Source: an uncultured SAR86 cluster bacterium (GTDB lineage: Bacteria > Pseudomonadota > Gammaproteobacteria > Magnimaribacterales > D2472). From it: a stretch of DNA of 64,000 bases. The translations under genes and the position numbers were made by a program. The notes beneath the pieces are model-generated. The model saw only the letters and a program-made list of their open reading frames with translations. It ran no database searches and was not told the DNA's origin. How positions within the stretch are numbered: the stretch's first letter is position 1; every line of letters starts with the position of its first letter. The stretch is taken from NCBI GenBank assembly GCA_902517505.1, contig CABYCL010000002.1, forward strand, positions 1,941-65,940, written 5' to 3'. Below, in pieces: positions 1-10,339 of this stretch.

Positions 1-1
1 T

Positions 2-274
2 ATGGGATTAAAAGATATAGCGGTATCTTCAGGATCAGCATGCACATCTGCAAGTCTTGAGCCATCTTATGTTTTGAGAGCACTTGGAAGAAAAGATGAA
101 TTAGCTCATAGTTCTATTAGGTTTTCCTTCGGAAGATTTACCAATGATGATGATGTTGAGAATACATTAGATATTTTAGGTAATGTTGTTCACAGATTAA
201 GAGAATTATCACCATTATGGGAAATGCACCTCGATGGAATTGATCTTGACACAGTTAAGTGGAATGCACACTAG
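2..274 (+). CDS. iscS: cysteine desulfurase IscS, C-terminal fragment (gene starts upstream of window)
   Basis: ORF is open to the window edge. The tail [21 protein letters not shown]...IRFSFGRFT is the conserved IscS C-terminus. It is followed by iscU-iscA-fdx-iscX. Confidence 0.9.
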   Translation: MGLKDIAVSSGSACTSASLEPSYVLRALGRKDELAHSSIRFSFGRFTNDDDVENTLDILGNVVHRLRELSPLWEMHLDGIDLDTVKWNAH

Positions 275-283
275 GAGATTGAA

Positions 284-688
284 ATGGCATACAGTAAAAA
301 AGTAGTTGATAAATTTGAAAATACATTAAATAACCCCGAAGCTTTTAAAGTTGGACGTTTTGATCCGAAAGATTCAAATGTTGGTACAGGAATGGTTGGA
401 GCACCTGCTTGTGGAGATGTAATGAAGCTTCAAATTAAGTGTGAACCTAAAGGAAACACGCATGTTATAAAAGATGTTAAATTTAAAACTTACGGATGCG
501 GTTCTGCAATTGCTTCATCAAGTGAATTGGTTGAGATGTTAATTGGTAAAACACTTGAAGAAGCTAAAGCAATTAAAAATATTGAAATTGTGGAGGCGCT
601 GGAATTACCGCCTATTAAGATTCATTGTTCAGTACTTGCTGAGGACTCAATAAAACAAGCAATAGAAGATTACGAAACAAAACAATAA
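284..688 (+). CDS. iscU: Fe-S cluster assembly scaffold IscU
   Basis: Scaffold Cys motifs are present: GAPACGDVMKL, YGCGSAIASS and LPPIKIHCS. Operon context supports the call. Confidence 0.95.
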   Translation: MAYSKKVVDKFENTLNNPEAFKVGRFDPKDSNVGTGMVGAPACGDVMKLQIKCEPKGNTHVIKDVKFKTYGCGSAIASSSELVEMLIGKTLEEAKAIKNIEIVEALELPPIKIHCSVLAEDSIKQAIEDYETKQ

Positions 689-690
689 TT

Positions 691-1032
691 ATGGAAACTT
701 TTAATTCTTCAGATTTAAATTTTTCAAATAGTGCTATCTCACATTTTAAAAATGTCTTAAAACAAAGGGGAAAAGGCAAAGGTATTAAATTAGGTATTAA
801 AGAGGCTGGCTGCTCCGGTTATGAATATACTTTTGATTTTGTTGATGAAGTTATTGATGATTATAAAATCTTTGAAGTTAGTGGATGTAAGGTCTTTGTT
901 GACTCCAATAGTTTTTCTTTTTTAAAAGGTAGCTTGATCGATTATACTGATGATGGTCTAAATAAAGGGATTAAATTTGTAAATCCTAATGCCAAAGCTG
1001 TATGTGGCTGTGGCGAAAGTTTCACTCTTTAA
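691..1032 (+). CDS. iscA: A-type Fe-S carrier IscA
   Basis: GCSGYEY motif and C-terminal CGCGESF motif, with isc operon context. Confidence 0.9.
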   Translation: METFNSSDLNFSNSAISHFKNVLKQRGKGKGIKLGIKEAGCSGYEYTFDFVDEVIDDYKIFEVSGCKVFVDSNSFSFLKGSLIDYTDDGLNKGIKFVNPNAKAVCGCGESFTL

Positions 1033-1035
1033 ATC

Positions 1036-1377
1036 ATGGCTAATATAAAAATATGGCCTCACGAGGAAATATGTCCCAATGGCGCTGAAATAGAATCTTT
1101 ACCGGAAGAAACTATTTGCGAAGCTGCTTTAAGAAATAATATTAAGATCGAACATGCATGTGAAATGTCTGCTGCGTGTACCACCTGTCATTGCATTGTA
1201 AGAAAGGGTTTTGAGACCTTGGAAGAAGCAAGTGATATTGAGGAGGATTTACTTGATAAGGCATGGGGGCTTGAACAAACATCAAGATTAAGCTGTCAAG
1301 CAATTCCCCCAGAAGATGAAGAAATTGAAATTGAATTACCAAAATATAATATAAATATGGTTTCGGAAGATCACTAA
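1036..1377 (+). CDS. fdx: ISC-type [2Fe-2S] ferredoxin
   Basis: EHACEMSAACTTCHCIV...LDKAWGLEQTSRLSCQ aligns residue-for-residue with the E. coli Fdx pattern. It starts 4 nt after iscA, with no hscBA in between. Confidence 0.9.
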   Translation: MANIKIWPHEEICPNGAEIESLPEETICEAALRNNIKIEHACEMSAACTTCHCIVRKGFETLEEASDIEEDLLDKAWGLEQTSRLSCQAIPPEDEEIEIELPKYNINMVSEDH

Positions 1378-1580
1378 TGAATAATCTCGATTGGCTGGAT
1401 GTATTAGAAATAGCTATTGAGCTCAACGATAAATTTCCAGAAATTGATCCTCAATGGATTAGTTTCCCAGATTTACATAAAAAAGTATGTGAATTAAGCG
1501 ATTTTAGTGGAGATCCTTCTAAATCTAATGAAAAAATACTTGAAGCTATTCAGATGCATTGGATAGAAGAATACCAATAA
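1377..1580 (+). CDS. iscX: Fe-S assembly protein IscX (YfhJ)
   Basis: 67 aa with DPSKSNEKILEAIQMHWIEE, matching the IscX C-terminal signature. TAATG overlap with fdx. Confidence 0.8.
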   Translation: MNNLDWLDVLEIAIELNDKFPEIDPQWISFPDLHKKVCELSDFSGDPSKSNEKILEAIQMHWIEEYQ

Positions 1581-1617
1581 CTCTAATATAATAGCGGCTA
1601 AATTTTGAGATAATACT

Positions 1618-2043
1618 ATGGCTATTGAACAAACACTATCTATTATTAAACCTGATGCAGTTGGTAAAAATGTTATTGGTAAAATAATTTCAAGATTTGA
1701 AGATAATAATCTTAATTTAGTTGCTGGTAAACTAATTCATTTAACCGATGAATTGGCATCTGGCTTTTATGCTGAGCATGATGGTAAGCCATTCTTTAAA
1801 AATTTAAAAAAATTTATGACCTCTGGACCTGTATTTGTTCAAGTTCTTGAGGGAGAAAATGCAGTCCAGAGAAATAGGGATCTCATGGGCAGTACAAATC
1901 CACAAGATGCTGATCCAGGAACAATAAGAGCAGATTTTGCAAAAAGTATTGATGCTAATGCAGTTCATGGATCTGATTCAATAGAAAGTGCTAAAAGGGA
2001 GATTGAATATTTCTTCTCATCTGAAGAAATATTGAATAAGTAA
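1618..2043 (+). CDS. ndk: nucleoside diphosphate kinase
   Basis: [10 protein letters not shown] and NAVHGSDS active-site His motif; 141 aa. Confidence 0.95.
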   Translation: MAIEQTLSIIKPDAVGKNVIGKIISRFEDNNLNLVAGKLIHLTDELASGFYAEHDGKPFFKNLKKFMTSGPVFVQVLEGENAVQRNRDLMGSTNPQDADPGTIRADFAKSIDANAVHGSDSIESAKREIEYFFSSEEILNK

Positions 2044-2044
2044 G

Positions 2045-3124
2045 TTGTCTGAAAAAATAAATCTTTTAGGTTGCTCATTAGAGTCACTCGAAGGTTTTTT
2101 TATCAACCTACAAGAACCAAAATTTAGAGCAAAACAATTATTAAAATGGATACATCAAAAAGGCGTATTGGATTTTGATTTAATGACAGATTTCAATAAA
2201 GACTTAAGAAAAAAATTATCTTCCGTTGCATTAATAGAACCACCAAAAATTTATCAAGAATATATATCAGAAGAGGGAACAATTAAATATCTTATTCAAC
2301 TTAGATCTGGATCAATGATAGAGATGGTTGTGATTCCAGAAAAAAATAGAAGAACATTATGTGTATCATCTCAGGCAGGTTGTGCGCTTCAATGTACTTT
2401 CTGCGCTACTGGAGCACAAGGGTTTGATCAAAATCTTGAAAGTCATGAGATAATTGGACAACTTTGGCTGGCTAATTTTTATAAAAACAATTCAAAACCT
2501 ATTACCAATGTAGTTTTTATGGGAATGGGAGAGCCTTTATTAAATTATGATGCTGTTATTGAATCAGCTAAGATAATGAAAGAACAGCTATCATATGGAT
2601 TATCGAGAAAAAGAATAACAATCAGTACTTCAGGTATAGTCCCAAATATAAATAAATTACCAAAGGATATAGATGTTTCTTTAGCTATATCCCTCCATGC
2701 TGCAGAAGACAAACTAAGAAACGAAATAGTTCCTATAAATAATAAATATCCTATTAAATCTTTAATCCAATCATGTAAAGACTACTTAGATTACTTTGAA
2801 AACAAAAGAAATATAACGATTGAATATATATTAATCGATGGGGTAAATGATTCAATTGAGCATGCTTCGAAACTTACAAAACTTTTATCAGATATTTCTT
2901 GCAAGATAAATCTTATACCTTTCAACAGCTTTCCAGGATCAAATTATAAAAGGCCAAGTAATAATAAGATTGGAGCATTTAAAAAATATCTGATGAGCAA
3001 AGGATTAATTGCAACATTAAGAGTCACTAGGGGCGACGGTGTAGATGCAGCTTGTGGTCAACTAGTGGGAAATCTTTCAAGCTCTATAAAAGGAAAAAAT
3101 TTAATTACTCATAAACTAATATAA
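2045..3124 (+). CDS. rlmN: 23S rRNA/tRNA m2A methyltransferase RlmN (radical SAM)
   Basis: CALQCTFCATG radical-SAM motif and MGMGEPL. TTG start. ndk-rlmN synteny. Confidence 0.9.
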   Translation: MSEKINLLGCSLESLEGFFINLQEPKFRAKQLLKWIHQKGVLDFDLMTDFNKDLRKKLSSVALIEPPKIYQEYISEEGTIKYLIQLRSGSMIEMVVIPEKNRRTLCVSSQAGCALQCTFCATGAQGFDQNLESHEIIGQLWLANFYKNNSKPITNVVFMGMGEPLLNYDAVIESAKIMKEQLSYGLSRKRITISTSGIVPNINKLPKDIDVSLAISLHAAEDKLRNEIVPINNKYPIKSLIQSCKDYLDYFENKRNITIEYILIDGVNDSIEHASKLTKLLSDISCKINLIPFNSFPGSNYKRPSNNKIGAFKKYLMSKGLIATLRVTRGDGVDAACGQLVGNLSSSIKGKNLITHKLI

Positions 3125-3888
3125 TGAATAAAGAATTTAAATCAGCTAGTTCTGTAAAGATAGGTAAAAAATTTAAAGAAAGAAGGATTGAATTAGGACA
3201 TTCAATTGAAGAAGTTTCAAAGATATTATTTGTTAATAAGAGTTATTTGGCTTCAATTGAGGAAGGAAATTATGACATTTTTCCAAGTGAAGCATTTGCA
3301 AAAGCTTATTTCAATAAGTATTTAAATTTTCTAGAAATACATTGTGAATTTCCAAGTGTTTTCGAACTAAATGTAGAAAAAAAACATAAAAGAATATTTA
3401 AAGAGTTTTCCTTTGATGACTCATTCAAAAACAATATTAAGTATTATTTATCTATATTTCTTGTATTTTCTGCGATTCTATTAGGAGTATATTTCTTTTC
3501 TAACGAAGAAGTTGTCCCTAAAAATGAAATAAATAATATTGAAGAGATCAAGAAAGAAGAAATTAAATTAGACGATATATTTAAAATTGAAGAAGATGTA
3601 AATCAAATAGAAGATAAATCAAACTTAATAACCAAAGATATACAAAATAATAATTTATTATTAGAGTTTTATGGTGAATGCTGGTTAGAGTTATATGTTA
3701 ATGATGAGCTCATAGAAGCAAAACTATTTTTTGATAACGAAAGATATATAAGAAATATCAAGATGCCATTTAAAATTATTATTGGAAATGCCGATTTTGT
3801 TAAAGGATCATATAATAATACCGAGATTGATTTTATTACCAATGCGAATAGACTAACTGGAGTAAATACTATTATTTTTAATGAGTAA
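3124..3888 (+). CDS. rodZ: RodZ-like cytoskeleton protein (N-terminal HTH, one TM segment, C-terminal DUF4115-like domain)
   Basis: HTH segment [23 protein letters not shown], a central hydrophobic segment, and the conserved position between rlmN and ispG. Confidence 0.6.
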   Translation: MNKEFKSASSVKIGKKFKERRIELGHSIEEVSKILFVNKSYLASIEEGNYDIFPSEAFAKAYFNKYLNFLEIHCEFPSVFELNVEKKHKRIFKEFSFDDSFKNNIKYYLSIFLVFSAILLGVYFFSNEEVVPKNEINNIEEIKKEEIKLDDIFKIEEDVNQIEDKSNLITKDIQNNNLLLEFYGECWLELYVNDELIEAKLFFDNERYIRNIKMPFKIIIGNADFVKGSYNNTEIDFITNANRLTGVNTIIFNE

Positions 3889-4984
3889 CTGGATTAAAAG
3901 AAAAAAAACTAAAACTATTAAAGTTGGTGATGTTTCTGTTGGTGGAGGTAACCCAATATCAGTTCAGTCTATGACTAATACTGATACTTGCGATGTCTTA
4001 TCAACTGTTAAGCAAATAAATGATTTAGAATCTGCTGGCGCTGATATTGTAAGAGTTTCTGTTCCAGGCTTTGATGAGGCTAAAGCTTTTAAAGAAATAA
4101 AAAGTGCTGTAAATATTCCATTAGTAGCCGATATTCATTTTGATTATAAAATTGCTCTAGAAGTTGCAGATACTGCAGATTGCTTAAGAATCAATCCAGG
4201 TAATATTGGTAAAGAAAAAAAAGTTAAAGAAGTTATAAATGCAGCAAAATATAATAATGTACCTATAAGGGTTGGTGTAAACGCTGGTTCTTTGGAAAAA
4301 GATCTCCAGAAAAAATACGGAGAACCAAATGCTGATGCCTTAGTTGAATCGGCATTAAGACATGTAGAAATTCTAGATAAATTTAATTTTGATAATTATA
4401 AAATGAGTTTAAAAGCTTCAAATATAGAAATGACAGTTGATGCATATCGAAAAATATCAAAAATAATTAATCAACCTCTTCATCTTGGTATTACTGAAGC
4501 TGGAAGTTTTAGGGCTGGGACTGTGAAATCTTCTATTGGTGTAGGTATGTTGTTATCAGAGGGGATAGGTGACACCATTAGAATATCTTTAGCATCTGAT
4601 CCAGTGGATGAGATTAAGATTGGATGGGATATTCTTAAGAGTTTAAATATACGAAGTAGAGGAGTTAAGATAATTGCTTGTCCAAGTTGTTCTCGTCAAA
4701 ATTTTAATGTGATAAAAGTTGTTAATGAGCTTGAGCAAAGACTTGAAGATGTTTCTGATGACATAGAAGTAGCAATTATAGGTTGCTATGTTAATGGCCC
4801 TGGTGAAAGTAAAGCTGCAAATATTGGATTAACCGGAGCAAGTCCAAATAATTTGTTATATGTTGATGGTTCACCTAATAAGAAAGTCTCAAATGAAGAT
4901 TTAGTAAATGAATTAGAGGAACAAGTAAGACATAAGATTATTAAAAATAAAACTGAATTAGAAAAGATTATTTTAAGGAGTTAA
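3881..4984 (+). CDS. ispG: HMBPP synthase IspG (GcpE)
   Basis: [15 protein letters not shown] and ACPSCSRQ motifs; 8-nt overlap with rodZ. Confidence 0.95.
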   Translation: MSNWIKRKKTKTIKVGDVSVGGGNPISVQSMTNTDTCDVLSTVKQINDLESAGADIVRVSVPGFDEAKAFKEIKSAVNIPLVADIHFDYKIALEVADTADCLRINPGNIGKEKKVKEVINAAKYNNVPIRVGVNAGSLEKDLQKKYGEPNADALVESALRHVEILDKFNFDNYKMSLKASNIEMTVDAYRKISKIINQPLHLGITEAGSFRAGTVKSSIGVGMLLSEGIGDTIRISLASDPVDEIKIGWDILKSLNIRSRGVKIIACPSCSRQNFNVIKVVNELEQRLEDVSDDIEVAIIGCYVNGPGESKAANIGLTGASPNNLLYVDGSPNKKVSNEDLVNELEEQVRHKIIKNKTELEKIILRS

Positions 4985-4988
4985 TGAA

Positions 4989-6257
4989 GTGGATAAAATT
5001 AACTCTTTAACAGGCATGATGGATTTATTAGCTAGTAAAACCAGTACAGAAGAGCTAGCTAATAAAATTTTTTACACTGAAAAAGTACTCCAAGAAATTT
5101 TTGATAATTTCAAAATATCTCAAATAAGAACTCCATCTCTTGAGCATACAAATCTTTTCAAGAGATCTGTTGGAGACTTATCAGATATTGTAAATAAGGA
5201 GTTATATACATTTTCTGATAAGAATGATAGAAGCATTACCCTTAGACCTGAGGGTACAGCAAGTGTTATTCGATCTTTAATTGAAAAAAAATTAGATGGT
5301 GATTTTCATAAACTATGGTATCTAGGACCAATGTGGAGGTATGAAAGACCTCAAAAGGGAAGATATAGACAATTTAATCAAGCTGGTGTTGAAATTCTTG
5401 GATATAAAGAAGGAATGGCAGAATTTGAAATGATTTCAATGGTATGTTCAATAAATCATAGATTAAAAATTGAGAAACCAACAATCAAGATAAACCATCT
5501 TGGAGATAATGAAACAAAAAAGAATTTTTGTGATGCCTTGATTAAATATTTGAAACCTATCAAATCCCAATTAGATGAAAAAGATTTGTCCAAATTGGAA
5601 AAAAATCCTTTAAGAATCCTTGATTCTAAAAGTCCACAGACCATAGAACTTCTAAAGGATGGACCAAAAATATCTGAATTTCTTCAAGAAAGTTCTCTAA
5701 AAATTATGGATTTGATTGTAGATACATTTTCAGATGAATGTGAAATACAAATAGATCATAATCTAGTAAGAGGTTTGGATTATTACACTGGCTTTGTTTT
5801 TGAAGCGATTTCTTCAAATTTAGGTGCTCAAGACGCTTATTTAGGTGGAGGAAGGTATGATAATCTCTGCAAACAGCTTGGAGGCAAAGATCTACCCGCA
5901 ATAGGTATGGCTATTGGAATCGAAAGACTATCTCTTTTATCAAACGTATTAGAAGAATATAAAACATCTTTATCCTTAATAATTATTTCTAGCAATATGG
6001 AACCAAAAGCATATAAAATAGCGCACAACATAAGATCATTAAATAATAATATCAATGTTGATGTTCAGCTTTCAGATGGAAGTTTGAAATCAAAATTAAG
6101 AAGAGCAAATAAAGATAATTCTTCTTACGCAATTATTATTGGAGATGAAGAATTGGGTTCAGATTCTGTAATAGTTAAATCATTGTCTGACGATGATTCT
6201 GAGCAAACTATTATGAAGATGAATGACTTTAATAATTTTATTAAGAATTTGAAATAG
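4989..6257 (+). CDS. hisS: histidine--tRNA ligase
   Basis: GMMDLL, LRPEGTA and GGGRYD class II motifs. GTG start. Confidence 0.95.
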   Translation: MDKINSLTGMMDLLASKTSTEELANKIFYTEKVLQEIFDNFKISQIRTPSLEHTNLFKRSVGDLSDIVNKELYTFSDKNDRSITLRPEGTASVIRSLIEKKLDGDFHKLWYLGPMWRYERPQKGRYRQFNQAGVEILGYKEGMAEFEMISMVCSINHRLKIEKPTIKINHLGDNETKKNFCDALIKYLKPIKSQLDEKDLSKLEKNPLRILDSKSPQTIELLKDGPKISEFLQESSLKIMDLIVDTFSDECEIQIDHNLVRGLDYYTGFVFEAISSNLGAQDAYLGGGRYDNLCKQLGGKDLPAIGMAIGIERLSLLSNVLEEYKTSLSLIIISSNMEPKAYKIAHNIRSLNNNINVDVQLSDGSLKSKLRRANKDNSSYAIIIGDEELGSDSVIVKSLSDDDSEQTIMKMNDFNNFIKNLK

Positions 6258-6266
6258 GATCCTATT

Positions 6267-6911
6267 ATGAATAATGTTTACGAAAATAATATGAGATTTG
6301 TTCCTTTTTTAAAGTTTTTAGATAAGTACAGAAAAATTATTGTAGCCATTTTTATTTTGGTCATATTAGCCATCACTTTTTTTATTATCTCTAATCAAAT
6401 TGAAAAACAAAATAATGAAGAGGCATCTGTTTTATATAGTGAATGGCTTGAAGAACTTTCTAATGAAAATCCTAATTTGGATAATTTAAATACTATTCTA
6501 AATCAACTTTTAGTAGATTATAAAAATACTGGATACACTAAACTTGCGCTTCTCAGCAAAGCAAATATGGATGCTAAATCAAATGAATTTAATCAAGCAT
6601 TAGAGAATTTTAATATTCTTATTGATCTAACAAATGGATTTGGAGGTAATAAAATTTTTAATAAAATGGCAAGAGTTAGTGCTGCTCGAATATTGCTTAC
6701 ACAAGATCGTTATGAAGAAGCTCTTAAAATGGTTGACACTTATTCTTCCTCTGGCACTAATGGTTATATCCATGAATTAACTGGCGATATTTTGGTTAAA
6801 CAGAATAAGAACAATCTAGCTATTACACAATATGAATTAGCAGCTGCCAAATATTCTGATGAAACATCAAAGTCAATTATATCAATGAAGATTGCAAATA
6901 TTGGGACTTAA
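6267..6911 (+). CDS. yfgM: YfgM-like TPR membrane protein (ancillary SecYEG subunit family)
   Basis: N-terminal TM anchor plus TPR-like helical body, in the conserved hisS-yfgM-bamB-der position. Confidence 0.5.
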   Translation: MNNVYENNMRFVPFLKFLDKYRKIIVAIFILVILAITFFIISNQIEKQNNEEASVLYSEWLEELSNENPNLDNLNTILNQLLVDYKNTGYTKLALLSKANMDAKSNEFNQALENFNILIDLTNGFGGNKIFNKMARVSAARILLTQDRYEEALKMVDTYSSSGTNGYIHELTGDILVKQNKNNLAITQYELAAAKYSDETSKSIISMKIANIGT

Positions 6912-6912
6912 G

Positions 6913-8076
6913 ATGAGATCATTAAGAATCAACTTTTTTGTTCTTCCAATGTTAATTGTTATTAGTTCATGCTCATCTTTAGATGGTTTAAGATTTTGGC
7001 AAAGTGATGAAATTGATCCCGATGAACCCAAAGAACTTATTGCTTTAAATAATCAAGATAATATAAATATTTCAATTATGTGGAAGAAATCCAATAAAGG
7101 CGATAATCAAATGGGTAATTTTCTTCCTGACTTTAGCGCTCAGAATTTATTTTTTAGCAATCCATCAGGTAATGTTTATTCCGTTAATGCAAATAATGGG
7201 AATCAGAACTGGGCTACTGAATTAAATTTTTTAGCTTCTGGAACTGCAGCAGGTTTTGGTATTGTTGTTGTATCAGATATTAAAGGAAACGTAATTGCTC
7301 TTGATCAAAAAGATGGTTCTGAATTATGGTCATCAAATGTAAAGGGTGAGGTTTTAAGTAAAGCTGCAATAGACGCTAAATTAGTTATTATTAAAACAGG
7401 GTCTGGTGAATTATTAGGTTTAAATAAAGAAACTGGTTCAATCCAGTGGTCCTATAGATCTAAATTACCATTATTAACGGTTAGGGGAAGTAGTAGCCCA
7501 GTAATTGTAGATGACAAAATTTATGCTTCTTTTGATAATGGCAGGCTTGGAGTATTTGAATTAAATACTGGATTCCAAGTTTGGGATGGTGCTATATCTT
7601 ATGTAAGAGGTGTCTCAGAACTCGAAAATCTTATTGATTCAGATTCTGATCCAGTTGTTGATGGCCCTTTAATTTATACTACTAATTATCAAGGAAATTT
7701 AAATATTTTTGACACTACACAAAAAAGGTCAGTATGGTCTTATGAAACATCATCTTTTTATTCCCCAATTATTACAAGAGGAATGCTTATGGTTATTGAG
7801 GCTAACTCTGGAATAAGATCCTTCGCAATAAAAACTTTACAAGAATCTTGGATAAATGAGGATTATCTTAATAGAGATTTATCAAATGCTGTTAGTTTCA
7901 AAGGAAACTTAATTGTTGGCGATTTTGAAGGATATCTCCATATTGTAGATCCACTTAATGGAAAAACAATTGCCAGACAAAAAATCTCTAGAAAGCCTAT
8001 TAAAACAGTTTTGAGTAGAAGCAATAGTTTATATGTTATCGATGAAGCATTTAATCTATTTTCAATAAACATATAA
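6913..8076 (+). CDS. bamB: outer membrane protein assembly factor BamB (lipoprotein, beta-propeller)
   Basis: Signal peptide with lipobox LIVISS-C, repeated W-containing propeller blades, and synteny. The ATG at 6913 is preferred over the track start at 6892 because it follows the yfgM stop. Confidence 0.75.
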   Translation: MRSLRINFFVLPMLIVISSCSSLDGLRFWQSDEIDPDEPKELIALNNQDNINISIMWKKSNKGDNQMGNFLPDFSAQNLFFSNPSGNVYSVNANNGNQNWATELNFLASGTAAGFGIVVVSDIKGNVIALDQKDGSELWSSNVKGEVLSKAAIDAKLVIIKTGSGELLGLNKETGSIQWSYRSKLPLLTVRGSSSPVIVDDKIYASFDNGRLGVFELNTGFQVWDGAISYVRGVSELENLIDSDSDPVVDGPLIYTTNYQGNLNIFDTTQKRSVWSYETSSFYSPIITRGMLMVIEANSGIRSFAIKTLQESWINEDYLNRDLSNAVSFKGNLIVGDFEGYLHIVDPLNGKTIARQKISRKPIKTVLSRSNSLYVIDEAFNLFSINI

Positions 8077-8090
8077 AATGAATTTTAGAT

Positions 8091-9476
8091 ATGTTCACTT
8101 CAATAGCAATAATAGGGCGTCCCAACGTAGGTAAATCAACCTTATTTAATAAACTAACTAATTCGAGAGATGCAATAGTCTCTGATTTTCCTGGGCTTAC
8201 AAAAGATAGAAATCATGGCTTTATCAATTTAAAAAATAAAAAAGCATTTTTAATTGATACAGGAGGCATAGTTAACGATAAAGAAGAAATTAAAGAAGCT
8301 ATTTCTAAGCAAGCGTGGAATGCTGTTATGGAATCAAATCTAACAATTCTTTTATTTGATGGTTCCGAAGAATTAAACAATGAAGATTTAAATATAATTT
8401 CTAGACTTAGGAAGCTAAGCAAAGAGTTCGTAACAGTAATTAATAAGATTGATAAAAAATCCACATCCTCAATTAAAGAGGATCTGCATAAGAATGGAAT
8501 TATAAATATGATTGAAATTAGTGCGGAACACTCAACCAATTTAAATATTTTAAAATCTGAATTAGAGAAAGGATTGTCAGAAATATCTATTGATGTACCC
8601 AATGGTAAAAAAGTTGCAATACTTGGAAGACCAAATGCAGGAAAATCTACTTTTATAAATAAATTAATAAATGAAGAAAGATTGATAGTAAGTGAGATTG
8701 CTGGGACAACTATAGATGCTATAAGTATTCCATTTGAATTTAACGATGAAAATTTCATTTTAATTGATACTGCCGGCATTAGGAAAGGATATAAATATAA
8801 TCATAAAGTAGAATATTTTTCATTTGTTAGAAGCATGTACGCTATTGATCAAAGCGATATTGTTATATTAATGTGCGATATTAATGAAGGTCTTGTAGAT
8901 CAAGATATGAAAATATTAAACATGATTATTGAAAATGGAAAGCCAGTACTTTTAGCATTTAACAAAATTGACTTAGTTTCAAAATCTGAATTAGAAAAAA
9001 AATATAATTCTAAAAAAATGCAATCTGAATTCATGAAAAATATGGAACAAGTTGAAATATCTGCTATTAAAAAGAAAGGATTTAAAAAAATATTCAATCT
9101 GACAGATAAACTAATCAAGAAATCCCAAACAAAATTTTCTACATCAATGCTAAATAAGTTGTTAGAAAAATTTGTAAATGCTAGCGCACCTCCAGCAATT
9201 TCTGGAAGACAACTTAAATTTAAGCATGTACATTTTGGTGGAACTCATCCAACAACCTTAATAATTAACTCTAACCAAGATAAGAAGATACCAAAAAACT
9301 ATAAAAAATATTTAGAAAATAGTTTTCGTTCAGAATTAGGTCTTAAAAGCATTCAATTAAAAATTATTTTCAGGAAATCTTTGAATCCATATGAGGGAAA
9401 AAAAAATAAGCTCTCAGAAAGGCAATTGAAAAAAAGACAGCGTCTTATTAAGCACACAAAGAAATCAAAAAAGTGA
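8091..9476 (+). CDS. der: ribosome-associated GTPase Der (EngA)
   Basis: Two tandem GTPase domains (GRPNVGKST...DTGG and GRPNAGKST...DTAG) and a basic KH-like C-terminus. Confidence 0.95.
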   Translation: MFTSIAIIGRPNVGKSTLFNKLTNSRDAIVSDFPGLTKDRNHGFINLKNKKAFLIDTGGIVNDKEEIKEAISKQAWNAVMESNLTILLFDGSEELNNEDLNIISRLRKLSKEFVTVINKIDKKSTSSIKEDLHKNGIINMIEISAEHSTNLNILKSELEKGLSEISIDVPNGKKVAILGRPNAGKSTFINKLINEERLIVSEIAGTTIDAISIPFEFNDENFILIDTAGIRKGYKYNHKVEYFSFVRSMYAIDQSDIVILMCDINEGLVDQDMKILNMIIENGKPVLLAFNKIDLVSKSELEKKYNSKKMQSEFMKNMEQVEISAIKKKGFKKIFNLTDKLIKKSQTKFSTSMLNKLLEKFVNASAPPAISGRQLKFKHVHFGGTHPTTLIINSNQDKKIPKNYKKYLENSFRSELGLKSIQLKIIFRKSLNPYEGKKNKLSERQLKKRQRLIKHTKKSKK

Positions 9477-9571
9477 TGTTTATTAGAAGATATACACTAA
9501 TTTGAATAACAAATCTGCTGTATAATCTCCACTGATAACAATAAATTATTGATATTAATAATAAGCACACA

Positions 9572-9955
9572 ATGCAAGAAAGGCCAGTATATCTTGATCT
9601 GACAAAAATCAGACTTCCTATGTCTGCATTTTCTTCAATTACTCATCGTTTGTCTGGTATGTATGTGTTTTTTATTACATTGCCATTAATGCTATATATC
9701 ATTAATCAATCCACATCCTCTAAATCGAGTTACGAAAAATTATTGATTGATATATCTTCAATATCATTTTTTTCTATTATTGTTTTTATAAGTATTGCAA
9801 TATTTTGGTATCACATACTAACTGGGATAAGACACTTAATAATGGACTTTTTTCATATTGGAGAGTCACTTAACGGTTCTCATTATTCATCTATTTTTAC
9901 AGCAATTTTTTGGATTATGAGTTCTATAATTTTATTTGGATATTTATTCCTATGA
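9572..9955 (+). CDS. sdhC: succinate dehydrogenase cytochrome b556 subunit
   Basis: RPVYLDLTKIRLPMSAFSSITHRLSG signature, three TM segments, sdh operon. Confidence 0.85.
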   Translation: MQERPVYLDLTKIRLPMSAFSSITHRLSGMYVFFITLPLMLYIINQSTSSKSSYEKLLIDISSISFFSIIVFISIAIFWYHILTGIRHLIMDFFHIGESLNGSHYSSIFTAIFWIMSSIILFGYLFL

Positions 9956-10311
9956 AAGGTTCAATTATATGGAATGCCCAACGTTATAGCTCGGTTCTAA
10001 TTCTAGCTTACTTGATTTATATTTTAAGCTTCATATTCTCTAATGATGAGATTAATTTCTTTTCTTGGTCTAATTTTTTCCTTTCTTTTGAAGTTAGGTT
10101 TATAACATCGATTGTTTTTATAATGATAGTTATGCATGCTTTTATTGGACTATGGACGGTAGGAACAGACTATCTAACTGTCAGAACTCTAGGATTTCTT
10201 AATAAATCAATATCGAAAAGGGCAAATTTACTTAGAAACACATATTTCTTTATTTTTGGATCGCTTGGATTAGTTTATTTAATAAGTATTTTGTATATAA
10301 TATGGTTATAA
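9952..10311 (+). CDS. sdhD: succinate dehydrogenase membrane anchor subunit
   Basis: HAFIGLWTVGTDYL heme-ligand motif. The ATG at 9952 (ATGA overlap with sdhC) is preferred over the track start at 9910. Confidence 0.8.
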   Translation: MKGSIIWNAQRYSSVLILAYLIYILSFIFSNDEINFFSWSNFFLSFEVRFITSIVFIMIVMHAFIGLWTVGTDYLTVRTLGFLNKSISKRANLLRNTYFFIFGSLGLVYLISILYIIWL

Positions 10312-10339
10312 AAATTAATGATATATAATTATAAATATT

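Noticed and set aside
6892-6912. Longer track starts for bamB (6892), sdhD (9910), ampG (30669), corB-like (36600), rimM (37567), trmD (38393) and glpK (54529)
   Set aside because: In each case an internal ATG matches the conserved N-terminus of the family and abuts or minimally overlaps the upstream stop. The longer versions add non-conserved residues that overlap the preceding gene or run into intergenic DNA.
8213-8779. 188-aa minus-strand ORF antisense to der, and similar antisense ORFs (5456-6055, 19076-19351, 19615-19902, 21070-21633, 33321-33623, 48597-48938, 51192-51428, 54098-54388 and others)
   Set aside because: All lie inside strongly conserved genes on the other strand. Their low-complexity, Ser/Leu/Ile/Phe-rich translations are typical of antisense frames of AT-rich (GAA/AAA-rich) coding DNA. 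None has an RBS or recognisable motifs.
9477-9571. Sigma-70 promoter upstream of sdhC (TATAAT at about 9520)
   Set aside because: A good -10 hexamer is present, but TTGAAT lies only 13 nt upstream and no properly spaced -35 exists. In such AT-rich DNA, TATAAT alone is not sufficient evidence.
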